Assembly (NCBI GenBank): GCA_947626475.1
Contig: CANQSK010000002.1
Location: 5,115-69,114, forward strand
Reading direction: 5' to 3'
Origin: an uncultured Lachnospiraceae bacterium
GTDB taxonomy: Bacteria > Bacillota > Clostridia > Lachnospirales > Lachnospiraceae
Length of the DNA stretch: 64,000 nucleotides
The position numbers and the translations under genes were made by a program. A model generated the notes under the pieces. That model searched no databases. It was not told the origin of the DNA and worked only from the letters and a program-made list of their open reading frames with translations. Shown here one piece after another: positions 11,601 to 18,733 of the stretch; the first letter of the stretch is position 1, and every line of letters starts with the position of its first letter.

Positions 11601-14040
11601 CCGCTCCTTTGGTCTCCTTCATACGGGAGCGGAAAAACCGGCTTCCCTCAGGAAAACCGCTGACCAGAATATCAAAGCCTTCCGCCGTATTCTGACTGGT
11701 TACGTCAAACTCCAGCCAGGAACCGTCGTGCATATCCACCGGATGAGTCATGGCCGTGGTCACGTCCGCCCGGCCCGCAGCCGCCCATGCGGCGCCAGGC
11801 AGTTTTTCATCCGATAATTTTTCACCTGACTGTTCTTTTTCTGACAGTCTTCCGCCGTCCTCCGGCGCCTCCTCCCAAGGCAGTACCGCCCGCTCATACC
11901 CTTCCGACCGGCCAATCTCTCTGACCAGATAGCGCCCGGCTATCAGCGGGCGGCCGGTCAGATTCAGAACTGTGCTTTCTTCCGTATAAGCCAGAAAAGA
12001 GGCATCTCCGTTTTTATCGGTCGTTCCGATGGCCGTCAAATCTCCCGCCCGATAGACCGCTCCCGTCCTGCCGTCCGGATGAAGGATATCTTCCGCCGCG
12101 TACAGACCATATACGGCCCCCTCCAGTGTCGCGTCGCCCTGCGTATCTCCGTAGCTGTCATAGGCGCCGCTCTCACCTTCAAGCAGCTGGCTGTCTCTTT
12201 TATTTATGTGGATTTCTCCTTCAGTCCTGTGATTTTCTACACAAAATGTATAGGACACTGTCCCGGCGTCACCGGATGGAGCCAGGAGCGGCAGCGTATC
12301 CGGCTCCGGAGGCGGCAGACTCACCCCGCCTCCTCTCTCTCTGTTCCCGGAACGTTCTTCCGCCCCGCCGAAAAAGGACTGACCGGAGCCGATGCTTTCG
12401 TCTGTGATCACAGGTTTATCTATGATTTCCCATCCTCCCCCGGCTTCGGAGGAGGACACTCTCACTACAGGAATAGGTTTATCATCATTATGCTGTCCGT
12501 GGCGTACATAGCCGCAGCGGGCCTGGATTTCCTGAAACGTATAATCATAGCGGAGCCGGATAAACTGCCTGTAAATCTCCTCCCGTTCCTCCAGCATCTG
12601 TCTTTGCCCTTCTCCGGGAATCTCCGAATGAAAATCTGTCTGCTCGCTGCATGCTTCCTTACATGCTTCCCACAGGGCTTTCAGCCGCTCGTTTTCCTTC
12701 CGGACCGCCTCAATCTCTTCACTGTTGTCCTGGCCGGTCTCCGGATCCGACCAGTAATCCGGTTCCGGCAGATAGTCCGGCTCCGGATGGCCGCCGCAAT
12801 AGGTTCTGGCATATTCATAGCGCTTCTCATCCCTGTGGGAAATATGACCGTCCTCATCTGTGGAGGCCTCCCCGCAGATTTTAAAATGATTCCAGACCGC
12901 CGGCTTAGGCGTCATGGCGGCGGAACTGAGAGCCGCTCCGAGCTGACCCTCCTCAAAAGCCTCCAGCACGCGGAAGATTGCTCCTTTAAGCGGATTGCCC
13001 GTCTCAGCGCAGGATTTATCCAGATCTACCAGATAATGGGCGAGAAACTTCTCCCTGTGCTCGTACCGCTTAAACTCCGGCCGGCCGTCCCCCGGAACAG
13101 AGGGCTGCCCCGACATGGACAGCTGAAGATACACCTTCGGAATATACGGGCCGGCGGATATCATCCCCTGGGTGCGGTTCTGAGCCTCCTGCGGAATATA
13201 AATGTTCATGGTTTCCGTGTTTCTGGACAGAGTCATATACTGAACCGGCAGAGCCGCCCACGCCAGGATTCCTTCCTGCCCTTCTCCCGCGTACGTGAAG
13301 ATCAGTTTTCCGCCGCTGACACGCCGCGTCCAGCCCCGGGACTCTCCTTCAAACTGCCAGTCCAGCGCGGCCATAAAGGGAACCGCCCCAATATCCAGCT
13401 CCGCCGTCCAGATTCCGTTTTCCAGCTTCATCGGAACCGGCCGGTTCCGGGCCCCGGTGCGGGTGGAGCGGATCCAGTCCGGAAGGTTTTCTATGCCGCC
13501 GCTCTCGTCCTCCACATAGGCCTTCAGATCCAGAAAGCGTTTTTCCGTTCCGGGAATATGCCTGTCCACCACCCGGGCAAGATCTCCGGCGCTTTCCCAG
13601 CCTTCATTCATGATCGCCCACACGGCTGTCTGAGCGGCCGCGTAAGTAGCGTTGTCCGCGCCGATATTTCCCTCGTACTCAAACCAGGTGCAGATACAGG
13701 CCAGCTTCTCATAATCATCCCGGCTTCCCACATAGGGAATCGATTCATCCTCAACGGAGGTCCTTACGGCATCCGCCACTACAGTGCTGCCCATATGCTT
13801 TCCCGGCGAAAGGCAGAAGGTCATCTGATACCCGTCGGTCCAGCGGTACATGTAATTTCTCTTTTTCCCAAAAAGTTCTTCACTTCCGCCGCTCCAGATG
13901 TTAGTCCCGCGGAACGCGGCGGCGCGGCCGACCAGCCAGCCCCCGGCCAAAAAAGCCGCCGCGGTCAGAACAAAACCAAACACGGCAAGACAACCGAGCC
14001 AAAACCGCCTGTTTCTTTTCCGAATCCGTCTGTTTTCCAT
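2602..14040 (-). CDS. Giant (3812 aa) surface adhesin: signal peptide, thioester-like domain, about 10-12 SpaA/CnaB-type domains, Pro-rich stalk, IPHTG sorting signal, then a second signal peptide, ectodomain and TM anchor
   Basis: Basic/hydrophobic N-terminus. Repeated K.D..G..L.GA.F.(L/I)Y and Y.L.E..(A/T)P.GY motifs (e.g. VRKTDTGGRPLTGAVFEI, YRLRELTPPDGY). KEPKEPKKPE stalk; IPHTGD at aa 3468. SD AAGAGG before ATG 14040. Confidence 0.88.
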   Translation of the reverse strand: MENRRIRKRNRRFWLGCLAVFGFVLTAAAFLAGGWLVGRAAAFRGTNIWSGGSEELFGKKRNYMYRWTDGYQMTFCLSPGKHMGSTVVADAVRTSVEDESIPYVGSRDDYEKLACICTWFEYEGNIGADNATYAAAQTAVWAIMNEGWESAGDLARVVDRHIPGTEKRFLDLKAYVEDESGGIENLPDWIRSTRTGARNRPVPMKLENGIWTAELDIGAVPFMAALDWQFEGESRGWTRRVSGGKLIFTYAGEGQEGILAWAALPVQYMTLSRNTETMNIYIPQEAQNRTQGMISAGPYIPKVYLQLSMSGQPSVPGDGRPEFKRYEHREKFLAHYLVDLDKSCAETGNPLKGAIFRVLEAFEEGQLGAALSSAAMTPKPAVWNHFKICGEASTDEDGHISHRDEKRYEYARTYCGGHPEPDYLPEPDYWSDPETGQDNSEEIEAVRKENERLKALWEACKEACSEQTDFHSEIPGEGQRQMLEEREEIYRQFIRLRYDYTFQEIQARCGYVRHGQHNDDKPIPVVRVSSSEAGGGWEIIDKPVITDESIGSGQSFFGGAEERSGNRERGGGVSLPPPEPDTLPLLAPSGDAGTVSYTFCVENHRTEGEIHINKRDSQLLEGESGAYDSYGDTQGDATLEGAVYGLYAAEDILHPDGRTGAVYRAGDLTAIGTTDKNGDASFLAYTEESTVLNLTGRPLIAGRYLVREIGRSEGYERAVLPWEEAPEDGGRLSEKEQSGEKLSDEKLPGAAWAAAGRADVTTAMTHPVDMHDGSWLEFDVTSQNTAEGFDILVSGFPEGSRFFRSRMKETKGAVAGGVVTGTRLAETGEYEKALPGEYRLDETGSYIPRRDSEGNLLYDTSKPVPGTYPLIRRLNYYPGRIASPANASKEWEDEESPDEEYVKQEANAMLEQMGYHMLDSDTGDEAPWTVIKLQGSTNRELILEILDWFDVHSFWDSGAVHSVVLEDGGFSAVLFHDQTRRPDTAVYEERSGILYVRLPVQTEEDERRHMFAAYRPSEYTIQGNYITVAETRRAEGPVAFPQPLEKALRPVYEILYEQYAEGENRLDGQGNPIPVYRKEYIYEEKEEITSDYELEPLPAEYDPEDQSYRIHADNRIDWSRTAGPVTETFRAEAPYEVFVKDGESMFYSDYLTQIKGVGASAFASAGRETVGVVELTYPGQILPGQDGAGTPGKGTRETPFMVEERIIRQPVKVIKDTQDHGLGKQNNFRFKVYLKSNLERLYRDREGTIVWLDRRGREIDVLSANRAYPGLVPRIFTKVPRSEEILSKDRGKAIEANAALYDENQEEAPLDYTAVLENHNYEKFFQAIEVANRDRWDDAAPGYSSHRPLGNEANRSPEAEENARASDMVRQFAIDWYLEEEAAKLAALQDGSSDGEAAAYGDQLYDKALYQALQKAGNYLKPFFAYDLDEIYAVSWDSEEGGGKDEDGTTLSADREAETCYYEISRSLPYGTYVAAEQQPRYAKLQDYPNRHYRIDRPREIVIPSVYETSEDGGETLSSRYIYRADMTPEEMTEQYQIRFCAEEDRIPAHNHSGDFEIYKYGAGIHRLRNGAGPAGPEDRFALTQSRWKPELNYYNDSDDRRTEPVTYYLAGGRKNHERVGQFYRYSSVSEEACTVEGRTGVRGMTAAWDGHYSPALVYRSMEGEPGTEAARVRFRNRLYKTRIRIEKMDSETGENLLHDEAIFNIYRTDCDSSPGGTGRAVFYEEDTVISGSREFLESMRAEDIHPVSRGGPAADRRYAGVVPAGTPVCREKDRVVQTDVYGVQTGMTASFTTARDGIMEGDSEGLPPEAGRQNTGYLYTPQPLSAGVYVLAEVKAPSGYVRCRPVAVEVYSDEVTYYRKGDRDSRVTAAVYKKKGQDEALSAARIYVENEPTRLQIEKRKEASVPGEGDRPAAITYRVGERIDGSLARIGGDPGMEYAYRNGRYMGYGWKKGTLEYLLGRKKAGEQVEIVYDGNLFAGYGYVTRELETDAGDGPYVAGGVMALFEGLLVTPSGDTQDEAYEGVVVERLANGGVSRMYVREGYAGSRTEFVQVLKNGENCWSGETVQRGDTDILYYDLGKLQLFRTESIDGEKVTYGFGRNHERMSIHQLERDKTHSIFAFRGSRPVLELEGNDFTEIVYLPKDRVLEGPFARPERRADGRVVMSRGVRLYHLDEEGVRDSLVDPYTGMAYALTEEKDSGTKVLVWPVKTYRDEEGRIIARDKKITCRIATAGESEGGSEYLTGTWKSEAGEESHKLFTMKGNRMGQNLHGHPVLAGTSGRFAKEIKPVYDEWGLPVYYRRSPERYEKETQLYDRSGAWIRKKEADSLEAYVSDSYKLDSHKMDSRKPVRHRMGESYILENVWVTGEVSPNDPFSDSMTGGQPDILRRVPVGEYIMEELKAPPGYQKGLPAGVIVEEDSRLQRVAMTDAATKIEVNKTDGSGWPVYSVRLAGQPDKRERSDRRGQQDKRSYPKKIGMVTEGKGAFSYTQLPGAVLALYEAKRIYTSDLKNHPSGTYLQKKNAEPLNRWTTGRTPLYLEGIPAGEYIMEEERRPEGFVPAKPLELEVKPAGQVQEYTLYNDHTKVEVEKYTVQEDGSEIPLNGAEFTLYPARITAEGRPEYDKTQKIDRFVSSDGKEYAGFIDSFEEMYRTYGTGGSFLSWAYKGKIYRARAVSKTAIDSTAAGGEASRFPTTAQLLFRTDEGVDIRVTVYGQKDNRQGRDFVYEYQFDYRKLPRVNERACSYLTLDGMRRFDYLPAGGTYMLVETRAAAGFGKAEPVLLQVGDTADIWRYRVLNEEHSLLISKTFAADKNGSEKELSGSELALYRAGDNGELIQDKAHLAAWWISGGDGVYTELDRIRGSIPEGYQVGDLKPHALRRLPEGDYWLVEQKSPDYYTTFPPRLIRYRLGDEVRIVRISDRPAEGRVEVRKTDTGGRPLTGAVFEITAYLPPDFVNPVLTKTFSDLNGTAELTGLPAGEIQADGSVIPYSYRLRELTPPDGYEVNPEIRSFEFEPNKQGQSYRWDESAVYRTRIADEKTRIVLRKQAFPKEAFVEGASLAVYPVSGMDEMGRYLYDRENPIAQWVSSGEEPDHVLEGLTAGRTYLLTELQTPAGYLLMEPVAFTLSEDGRRISSFSSRMTAVTVHHPGWFALKGRYAVKCLMEVTDENGRMAAEWVSSGQGRLLTEADGIRDNEIYTFTERTVYSDGSRQITGRVTRRVRLENGRYQAEDRMPEQVLLQLKDPGGAVAASWYPSENLPELTVGARDSEKEILLRNRPYVLEETTIYSDGGRKEERRFAFLLDGQGLLKAISAYDRTRTVRVSKTEITGEKEIPGAKMQILDEWGRMIEEWISGETPHEIEAELLPGRRYVLRELLPPEGYGTAGDITFTVEEDGSIQQVVMEDERLPEEHKPQVPGRPGRRPGPGSPKEPKEPKKPEAPGTPRRPGRAWASYQPQATGKGDVPGSGRPRIPHTGDQTPGPGIFLGIMILAGAGMVLLKRSGKKSGWIFILVCLLALPALTVRAETVSETGDKEITVTYDPISGSPEEADIPPDHYIWQGREYQMVSCQLIAEENLRQPEVRKKTIQYSQVEQAAKVPETITVSDGGRERIFEAADISYDNWQWIPGFQFPVTVQEYDAGSFYLGDRVAIVKEEQPMEGYEEELLELIGVNPDYYRIKNSSWSGEPWRDEEGILFRQAVVSGEKYVADVKVVYESREEETGPPDMAYQAVYRLTENEAEEGQNADGSLVKVRTDSNAGRQQKKRPPKQPGGLWNWIRNLSRRTKTVLGLGLLLLPILCLLLRRLLSGTGRNRPTE
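2736..2768 (+). terminator. Intrinsic terminator candidate for the 1929..2612 gene, lying inside the antisense adhesin CDS
   Basis: GGCCGCCC-ggctgttt-GGGCGGTC stem followed by TTTTCTTTT. Confidence 0.5.
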
Positions 14041-14051
14041 GAAATACCTCT

Positions 14052-17000
14052 TTACTTTGTCTGTACCGCGCCGTCAACTGTCCATGCGCCGTCCCGATCA
14101 ACCTGATATCCGTCAGGTGTCGTCCGGCTGAAATACATGGCGCCTTTCGTACCGTCCGAATTTTCATTCAGATAATAGCACCTGGTTTTTCCGTCTGAAC
14201 CGGCGACCCAGCGCCAACCGGTAACCATATGGCCGTCCCCGTCAAAATAGAACCAGTCGGCAGGCCTCTGCCCCCTGTCCTCCCTGGCATAAGGATTATA
14301 GATATAGGCCCACTCGTTCCTCCGTCTTCTGCCGTTTGCCTCAAAGGACCAGCGGCCTCTCTCATCCATATTCCAGGTTCCCTTCAGGCTTCCCGCGGGA
14401 ATCCGGGAATCCTCTCCGGGACCGCCGCCCCGCTTTTTGGCGGAGCTGCCTGACCCGCCGGAACCGCTCGCCCCGCCGTAGCCTCCCGACCTGCCGGAAC
14501 CTCCCGACCCGCCGTAGCTCCTTCCACCGCCGAAGCGCCGGGATGTTACCGTCTCATCCACTGTCACAAATCTCAGCGTCACGAGACATTCGGCGGAGAT
14601 TACTCCGTGCGTCTGGTCTTCCGAAGTGGCCGTGACCGTCTCGCTGCGGGTTTCGGAGCCTTCCAGCCGGGTGTAAGGGTTCTCTTTTCGTTTCTGATTG
14701 TCTCTGTATATTACGTTCTGAATCCAGGCCGGGTTATTCTGCCCCTTGGCATCATAGCGAACCTCCACGCGGCATTGGGAAGAAGCATTCCCCTGCGGCG
14801 TCAGCAGAAGGCTGCTTCCTCCGCTTTTGTCCTTCCAGGAAACATTTCTGAGGAAGGGTCTCTCCGGCTGCAGGCCCGCTTCCAGAATCACCGGCCCGGA
14901 ACAGGTGACCGTCTCCCTGGGGGACAGCCGGTAGCCGGTAAGCTTTCTGGTCACCGTCAGTGTGATATGACTCTGATTCAGCTGAAGTCCTTCCACCCGC
15001 CTGGTCGTCCGGTCAATGATCTGAAATGTCACCGTCACCTTGCAGTTGCCGTACACCGGCTGATGATCCGCAGACGTATCCGGATTGGAGACTGCCGTCA
15101 CCACCGCCGGTTTTTCGTAAACCACAGGGCTGATGGCCTCCCGGTACTGGCCGTCCGCCTGCGCCTTCATTTCTCTCGCTATAATAGTTTGGATAAATGA
15201 TCCTGACAGATTGGGAAGAATCCCCGCGTCCTTTTCCGTGTATCCGGACTCTGCGTTCAGAAGAAGCAAATCTCTGTCATCTACGGACCAGAGTACCTTC
15301 CGGTCTGCCGTTTCCCCCGCCGTATTGTGCTCCGCGTGAATCATGACCGGCTGAACCTGAACGGCCGTATCCGGCGCTCCCCCGATATACCTGGCTATCA
15401 GAACGCCGCCTGCGCTGCGCACTTCCGTCACCACAGAAGGATTCTTTCTGTCCCCGCTTCTGGTCTGCACCACGGAAATCCTGGTCTCACCGGGTTCTGT
15501 GGACAGCGTTGTAGTCACCTTCACATACTCCGCATTAATTTCCGTATCCCGCTCCGGCATGGAAAACGTATAGGTCCCTCCTGCCGCGTAGGACATGGGA
15601 ACCCTGCGCCCGGCCCCGTTAATGTAGGTCGGCGCCTTCACGCCGCCCGGCTCCGAGAGGGACGCCGCCATCTGATACCTGTCCTGCCCCCTGTTTTTGG
15701 GCGCCGTCGCCACGGCCACCGCCGTCCCGGGCGCCACCGCGGCCGGATGGTTCTTGTCAATCGCCCGGTAATAAGACTGATTGCCCTCCGGCATGGCCGT
15801 CAAAACCGCCACGTCCGTATCATAAGTTCCGTTTTCGTTTCTTGTGTCAATCCTGGGAACCGACAGCAGGTACCCTCTCACCGGCTGTCCCATGGCATCC
15901 GGGGCAAAATGATCCAGACGGAAGGGGAATCCCTCTCCCATGCCTGCCGCCGTAAACTCATTTCTCAGCTTTTCCGTGACAATACAGCGGATTCCGTCCT
16001 CCAGCTCCTCATAGAAAAATCGGTCCGCGTCTCCAAATTCTGTAGTCCCTGACACCAGCACGCAGGTCTGCTGGCGCCCCAGCCAGTAACCGATATGAGC
16101 GCCCCTGGCAAAGGTATTGTCTTCATCCACATCGGAGCCCATTACTCTCTTCGCCTTGGCCGCCGAATCGGTAAACAGGTAAGACAGATTGTCCCCTGAC
16201 GCGGTACCATAACTGAATGACCGGCTTCCTCTCGTGCCGATAAAAGTGCCCTCCCGGGCGGCCGCCCCCATATTGGTCCTGCCGATATCCCCGGCAAATC
16301 TTGCCACCATCAGGTTGCCGCTTTCATATTTCCCAATGATTCCTCCGGCGGCCCTGCTGCCGCTGCCTCCCACCGTTCCTTCCACATACGCGTTATAGAT
16401 ATTGGTATTCTCCATGATTCCGGCAATTCCGCCGGCATATCCTCTTCCCTGAATCCGGTCCGAATTGCCTGACCAGGTCTTCACCTCATTGTCCGCCAGG
16501 TCGCCGTCCAAAACCGCTCCCGCGATTCCGCCTGTTCCGGACGAAGGCTGGTCGGAACGGACCGCGATTCCGTCCGCCCGGCAGTTTTCAATGGTTACGC
16601 GGCCGCCGTTCCCGTCGGCGGTGCCCGTGATTCCTCCTGCGTTTCCGGACCGCTCTCGCCAGACGCTTCCGGAGAGACTGCGGCCGCCGCTTTCCACAAA
16701 TACATTTCCCGACACGGTCACATTGCGGATCACCGCGTCTCCCAAAACAGTCCCGGCCAGAATGCCGGCGTTGTCCGACCCGCAGATCTCATCCGCCTGA
16801 ATCCGGAGATTTTTCACGGTTCCTCCGTCGATGACTCCAAAAAGCCCCAGCTGGGACAGAGCTGTATCGGACTGAACCATTCTGAGACCCCGGATCGTAT
16901 TTCCTCCGCCGTCAAAGGTTCCGCGAAACGGCGTTTCTACCGGTCCCCCTATCTGGTCCTTTGACGAATACCATCCTACCGGCCTCCAACCCCACGGTCC

Positions 17001-17318
17001 CCGGCTCAGACCGCCCAGATCCAGATCCTGAGTAAGCTCCAGATATTTTCCTTCAAAATCTTCCCCCTGAACTACAGCCTGGGACAGACCCATCAAGTGG
17101 GAAAGGGTGCGGATCTGATAAGGCGCCTCTTCCGTCCCATCTCCCGGAAACTCCATATCTCCGTTCCAGTTCTCCCACAGGTCTTCTCCTGCCGCCTGGC
17201 CGGGCTGCGCTGCCCATGCCGTCAGAACCGCGGCCTGCACAAGCACGGCTCCTGCCAGTGCCCAAAACAGCTGTCCTGCTCGTTTTCTGACTCTTTCCGT
17301 TTTCATCTTCTTTATCAT
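14052..17318 (-). CDS. Secreted GLUG-motif/Ig-like protein with C-terminal cell-wall-binding repeats (1088 aa)
   Basis: Signal peptide ending AWA; GDGTEEAPYQI and GGIAG/GGITG GLUG-like repeats; Gly/Ser linker; WFYFDGDGHMVTGW...YYL...GAM...TPDGYQVD.DGAW cell-wall-binding-type repeats. Confidence 0.85.
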   Translation of the reverse strand: MIKKMKTERVRKRAGQLFWALAGAVLVQAAVLTAWAAQPGQAAGEDLWENWNGDMEFPGDGTEEAPYQIRTLSHLMGLSQAVVQGEDFEGKYLELTQDLDLGGLSRGPWGWRPVGWYSSKDQIGGPVETPFRGTFDGGGNTIRGLRMVQSDTALSQLGLFGVIDGGTVKNLRIQADEICGSDNAGILAGTVLGDAVIRNVTVSGNVFVESGGRSLSGSVWRERSGNAGGITGTADGNGGRVTIENCRADGIAVRSDQPSSGTGGIAGAVLDGDLADNEVKTWSGNSDRIQGRGYAGGIAGIMENTNIYNAYVEGTVGGSGSRAAGGIIGKYESGNLMVARFAGDIGRTNMGAAAREGTFIGTRGSRSFSYGTASGDNLSYLFTDSAAKAKRVMGSDVDEDNTFARGAHIGYWLGRQQTCVLVSGTTEFGDADRFFYEELEDGIRCIVTEKLRNEFTAAGMGEGFPFRLDHFAPDAMGQPVRGYLLSVPRIDTRNENGTYDTDVAVLTAMPEGNQSYYRAIDKNHPAAVAPGTAVAVATAPKNRGQDRYQMAASLSEPGGVKAPTYINGAGRRVPMSYAAGGTYTFSMPERDTEINAEYVKVTTTLSTEPGETRISVVQTRSGDRKNPSVVTEVRSAGGVLIARYIGGAPDTAVQVQPVMIHAEHNTAGETADRKVLWSVDDRDLLLLNAESGYTEKDAGILPNLSGSFIQTIIAREMKAQADGQYREAISPVVYEKPAVVTAVSNPDTSADHQPVYGNCKVTVTFQIIDRTTRRVEGLQLNQSHITLTVTRKLTGYRLSPRETVTCSGPVILEAGLQPERPFLRNVSWKDKSGGSSLLLTPQGNASSQCRVEVRYDAKGQNNPAWIQNVIYRDNQKRKENPYTRLEGSETRSETVTATSEDQTHGVISAECLVTLRFVTVDETVTSRRFGGGRSYGGSGGSGRSGGYGGASGSGGSGSSAKKRGGGPGEDSRIPAGSLKGTWNMDERGRWSFEANGRRRRNEWAYIYNPYAREDRGQRPADWFYFDGDGHMVTGWRWVAGSDGKTRCYYLNENSDGTKGAMYFSRTTPDGYQVDRDGAWTVDGAVQTK

Positions 17319-17330
17319 AATCTTCTCCCT

Positions 17331-18434
17331 TCATTTATTTTTCTGAGGCAGCACAAATGCCGGGCGGATTCCCGCCGGGCTTTCCGCCGGATGGGGATGA
17401 ATGCTGCCTTCCGTCAGATCAACCATATACACATAGCCTGTGTCGCCGCCCCCGGCTCCGGCCATAGGCGACCGAAGCCAGTATCCCCGGGTGAAGGCGG
17501 ACGCAGGCAGATCGGGAACCTTCCACAGATAGTCCCGGTACAAAAAAGCTTCGTCCAGCGAAAGTATAAACAGCCGGTCCGTCAGTCTCTGACTGCCCAG
17601 CTCAAAAGAGGCAAAGGCTCCCTCGTCAAACTGTTCCTCCTCGCCCTTTTCGCTTCGTCCCATAAAGCTTTTAGTCACTCCCACATTGACCGCCGGTGAC
17701 GGGGGAAGCTTCTTCTCCTGCTCCTTAAGCCACCTGCGGACCCAGGATTCCCGGTATTCGCTGCTTTCTCCAAACTTCTCGACAGGCCCCGGGCAGTAGA
17801 CATATTCATGAGTGCCGTCCTCCGCCGTCTCATACACATACCGGGAGCCAAAATCCGCCGGGATTACGGAATCGCACAGAAACAGGGCATTTCCCTGGTA
17901 ATCCTGGTCGATGCATCGGAAACGGCAGGGCTGGCCGCCAATCTCCCTGAGCACCGTATCTCCCAGGTTCCAGTATTCCTTTGTTTCCTTAAAATCCGGT
18001 TTCTCCGGGCTCTCCTGTCTCACAGGCCGCACCGCGAACCGAACCAGAGTATAGATATCTTCCCCCTGCCGAATCCGGTCCTCCGCCGTGCTGGAATACT
18101 CCGCCTGATTTCCAAACAGGACCGGAATCATACTCCCCTCCGGCACATAGTTCTTTCCGACAGCATAAAATACCTGTTCCTGTCCGGCTGCCACGCACTT
18201 TCCGGCTGCGAACAGGATCCGGATATCATTCTGCACCCTGCTTTCCGCCAGAAACCGGCTGTCGGGAATCTGATCCGGACGCTCGCCGGTTACTCCCGCC
18301 TCCTGCTCTTTCGCCCTCTGAAACAGTTCCTCCAAAGAGGCGCCATAGGCAGCGGAGGCAGCGTGAAATGTCATAAATACCATGAAAATACTCAGAAAGA
18401 CACATCTTCGCAGTCTGTCTCTCATAATAGTCAT
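17331..18434 (-). CDS. Secreted DUF6273-like domain protein (367 aa)
   Basis: Signal peptide; S.VRRWL, LFILSLDEA, YWLRSP and GIRPAFVL motifs typical of this family. Start could be 18434 or 18425. Confidence 0.7.
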   Translation of the reverse strand: MTIMRDRLRRCVFLSIFMVFMTFHAASAAYGASLEELFQRAKEQEAGVTGERPDQIPDSRFLAESRVQNDIRILFAAGKCVAAGQEQVFYAVGKNYVPEGSMIPVLFGNQAEYSSTAEDRIRQGEDIYTLVRFAVRPVRQESPEKPDFKETKEYWNLGDTVLREIGGQPCRFRCIDQDYQGNALFLCDSVIPADFGSRYVYETAEDGTHEYVYCPGPVEKFGESSEYRESWVRRWLKEQEKKLPPSPAVNVGVTKSFMGRSEKGEEEQFDEGAFASFELGSQRLTDRLFILSLDEAFLYRDYLWKVPDLPASAFTRGYWLRSPMAGAGGGDTGYVYMVDLTEGSIHPHPAESPAGIRPAFVLPQKNK

Positions 18435-18475
18435 CGTCCTTTCTGAAATGGGTATAATTCAATTGTCAGGGTTCC

Positions 18476-18589
18476 TTACTCAAAGGCAATCATAGGCGCC
18501 ACTCCTTCCCATACCGCTGTTCTCTGCGCATCATTGGGTTCATGGTGAAACACCACATCAGGAATACAGAAATTCCAGAAATCCGCCAT
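18476..18589 (-). CDS. Unannotated small ORF, 37 aa: MADFWNFCIPDVVFHHEPNDAQRTAVWEGVAPMIAFE
   Basis: GGAGGA SD 7 nt before ATG 18589; TAA at 18476-18478; first ORF downstream of the promoter at 18622-18650. Below the ORF-track size cutoff. Confidence 0.55.
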   Translation of the reverse strand: MADFWNFCIPDVVFHHEPNDAQRTAVWEGVAPMIAFE

Positions 18590-18621
18590 CGGAGAATCCT
18601 CCGCCGTGATTTGTAGTTCAT

Positions 18622-18650
18622 ACTATAAAGCTTTTTCATCTGCCGGTCAA
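18622..18650 (-). promoter_or_regulatory. Sigma-A promoter of the surface-protein operon
   Basis: Minus strand TTGACC (18650-18645), 17-bp spacer, TATAGT (18627-18622). Confidence 0.7.
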
Positions 18651-18687
18651 TAGAATTCCGCCAGTTTATATTTATTTAACAAGTTTC

Positions 18688-18718
18688 AAAAAGCGGAGCA
18701 TCATTCTGACGCTCCGCT
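18688..18718 (-). terminator. Intrinsic terminator after mscS
   Basis: Minus strand AGCGGAGC-loop-GCTCCGCT followed by TTTT, about 15 bp after the mscS stop. Confidence 0.75.
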
Positions 18719-18733
18719 GTCTGACAGCCTGAC

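Noticed and set aside
3385-14106. Very long plus-strand ORFs (1497, 858, 675 aa) antisense to the adhesin
   Set aside because: They mirror the real CDS, lack SD sequences and family motifs, and are Arg/Pro/Leu-rich. These are shadow ORFs expected from GC-rich codon bias.
2602-18650. Adhesin operon as a mobile element
   Set aside because: No integrase, transposase, conjugation gene, tRNA target or flanking direct repeat was seen in the window.
18435-18660. Possible c-di-GMP or other riboswitch in the adhesin operon leader
   Set aside because: No recognisable aptamer consensus or terminator hairpin. The space is better explained by a promoter and the 37-codon ORF. An Rfam/Infernal scan would settle it.
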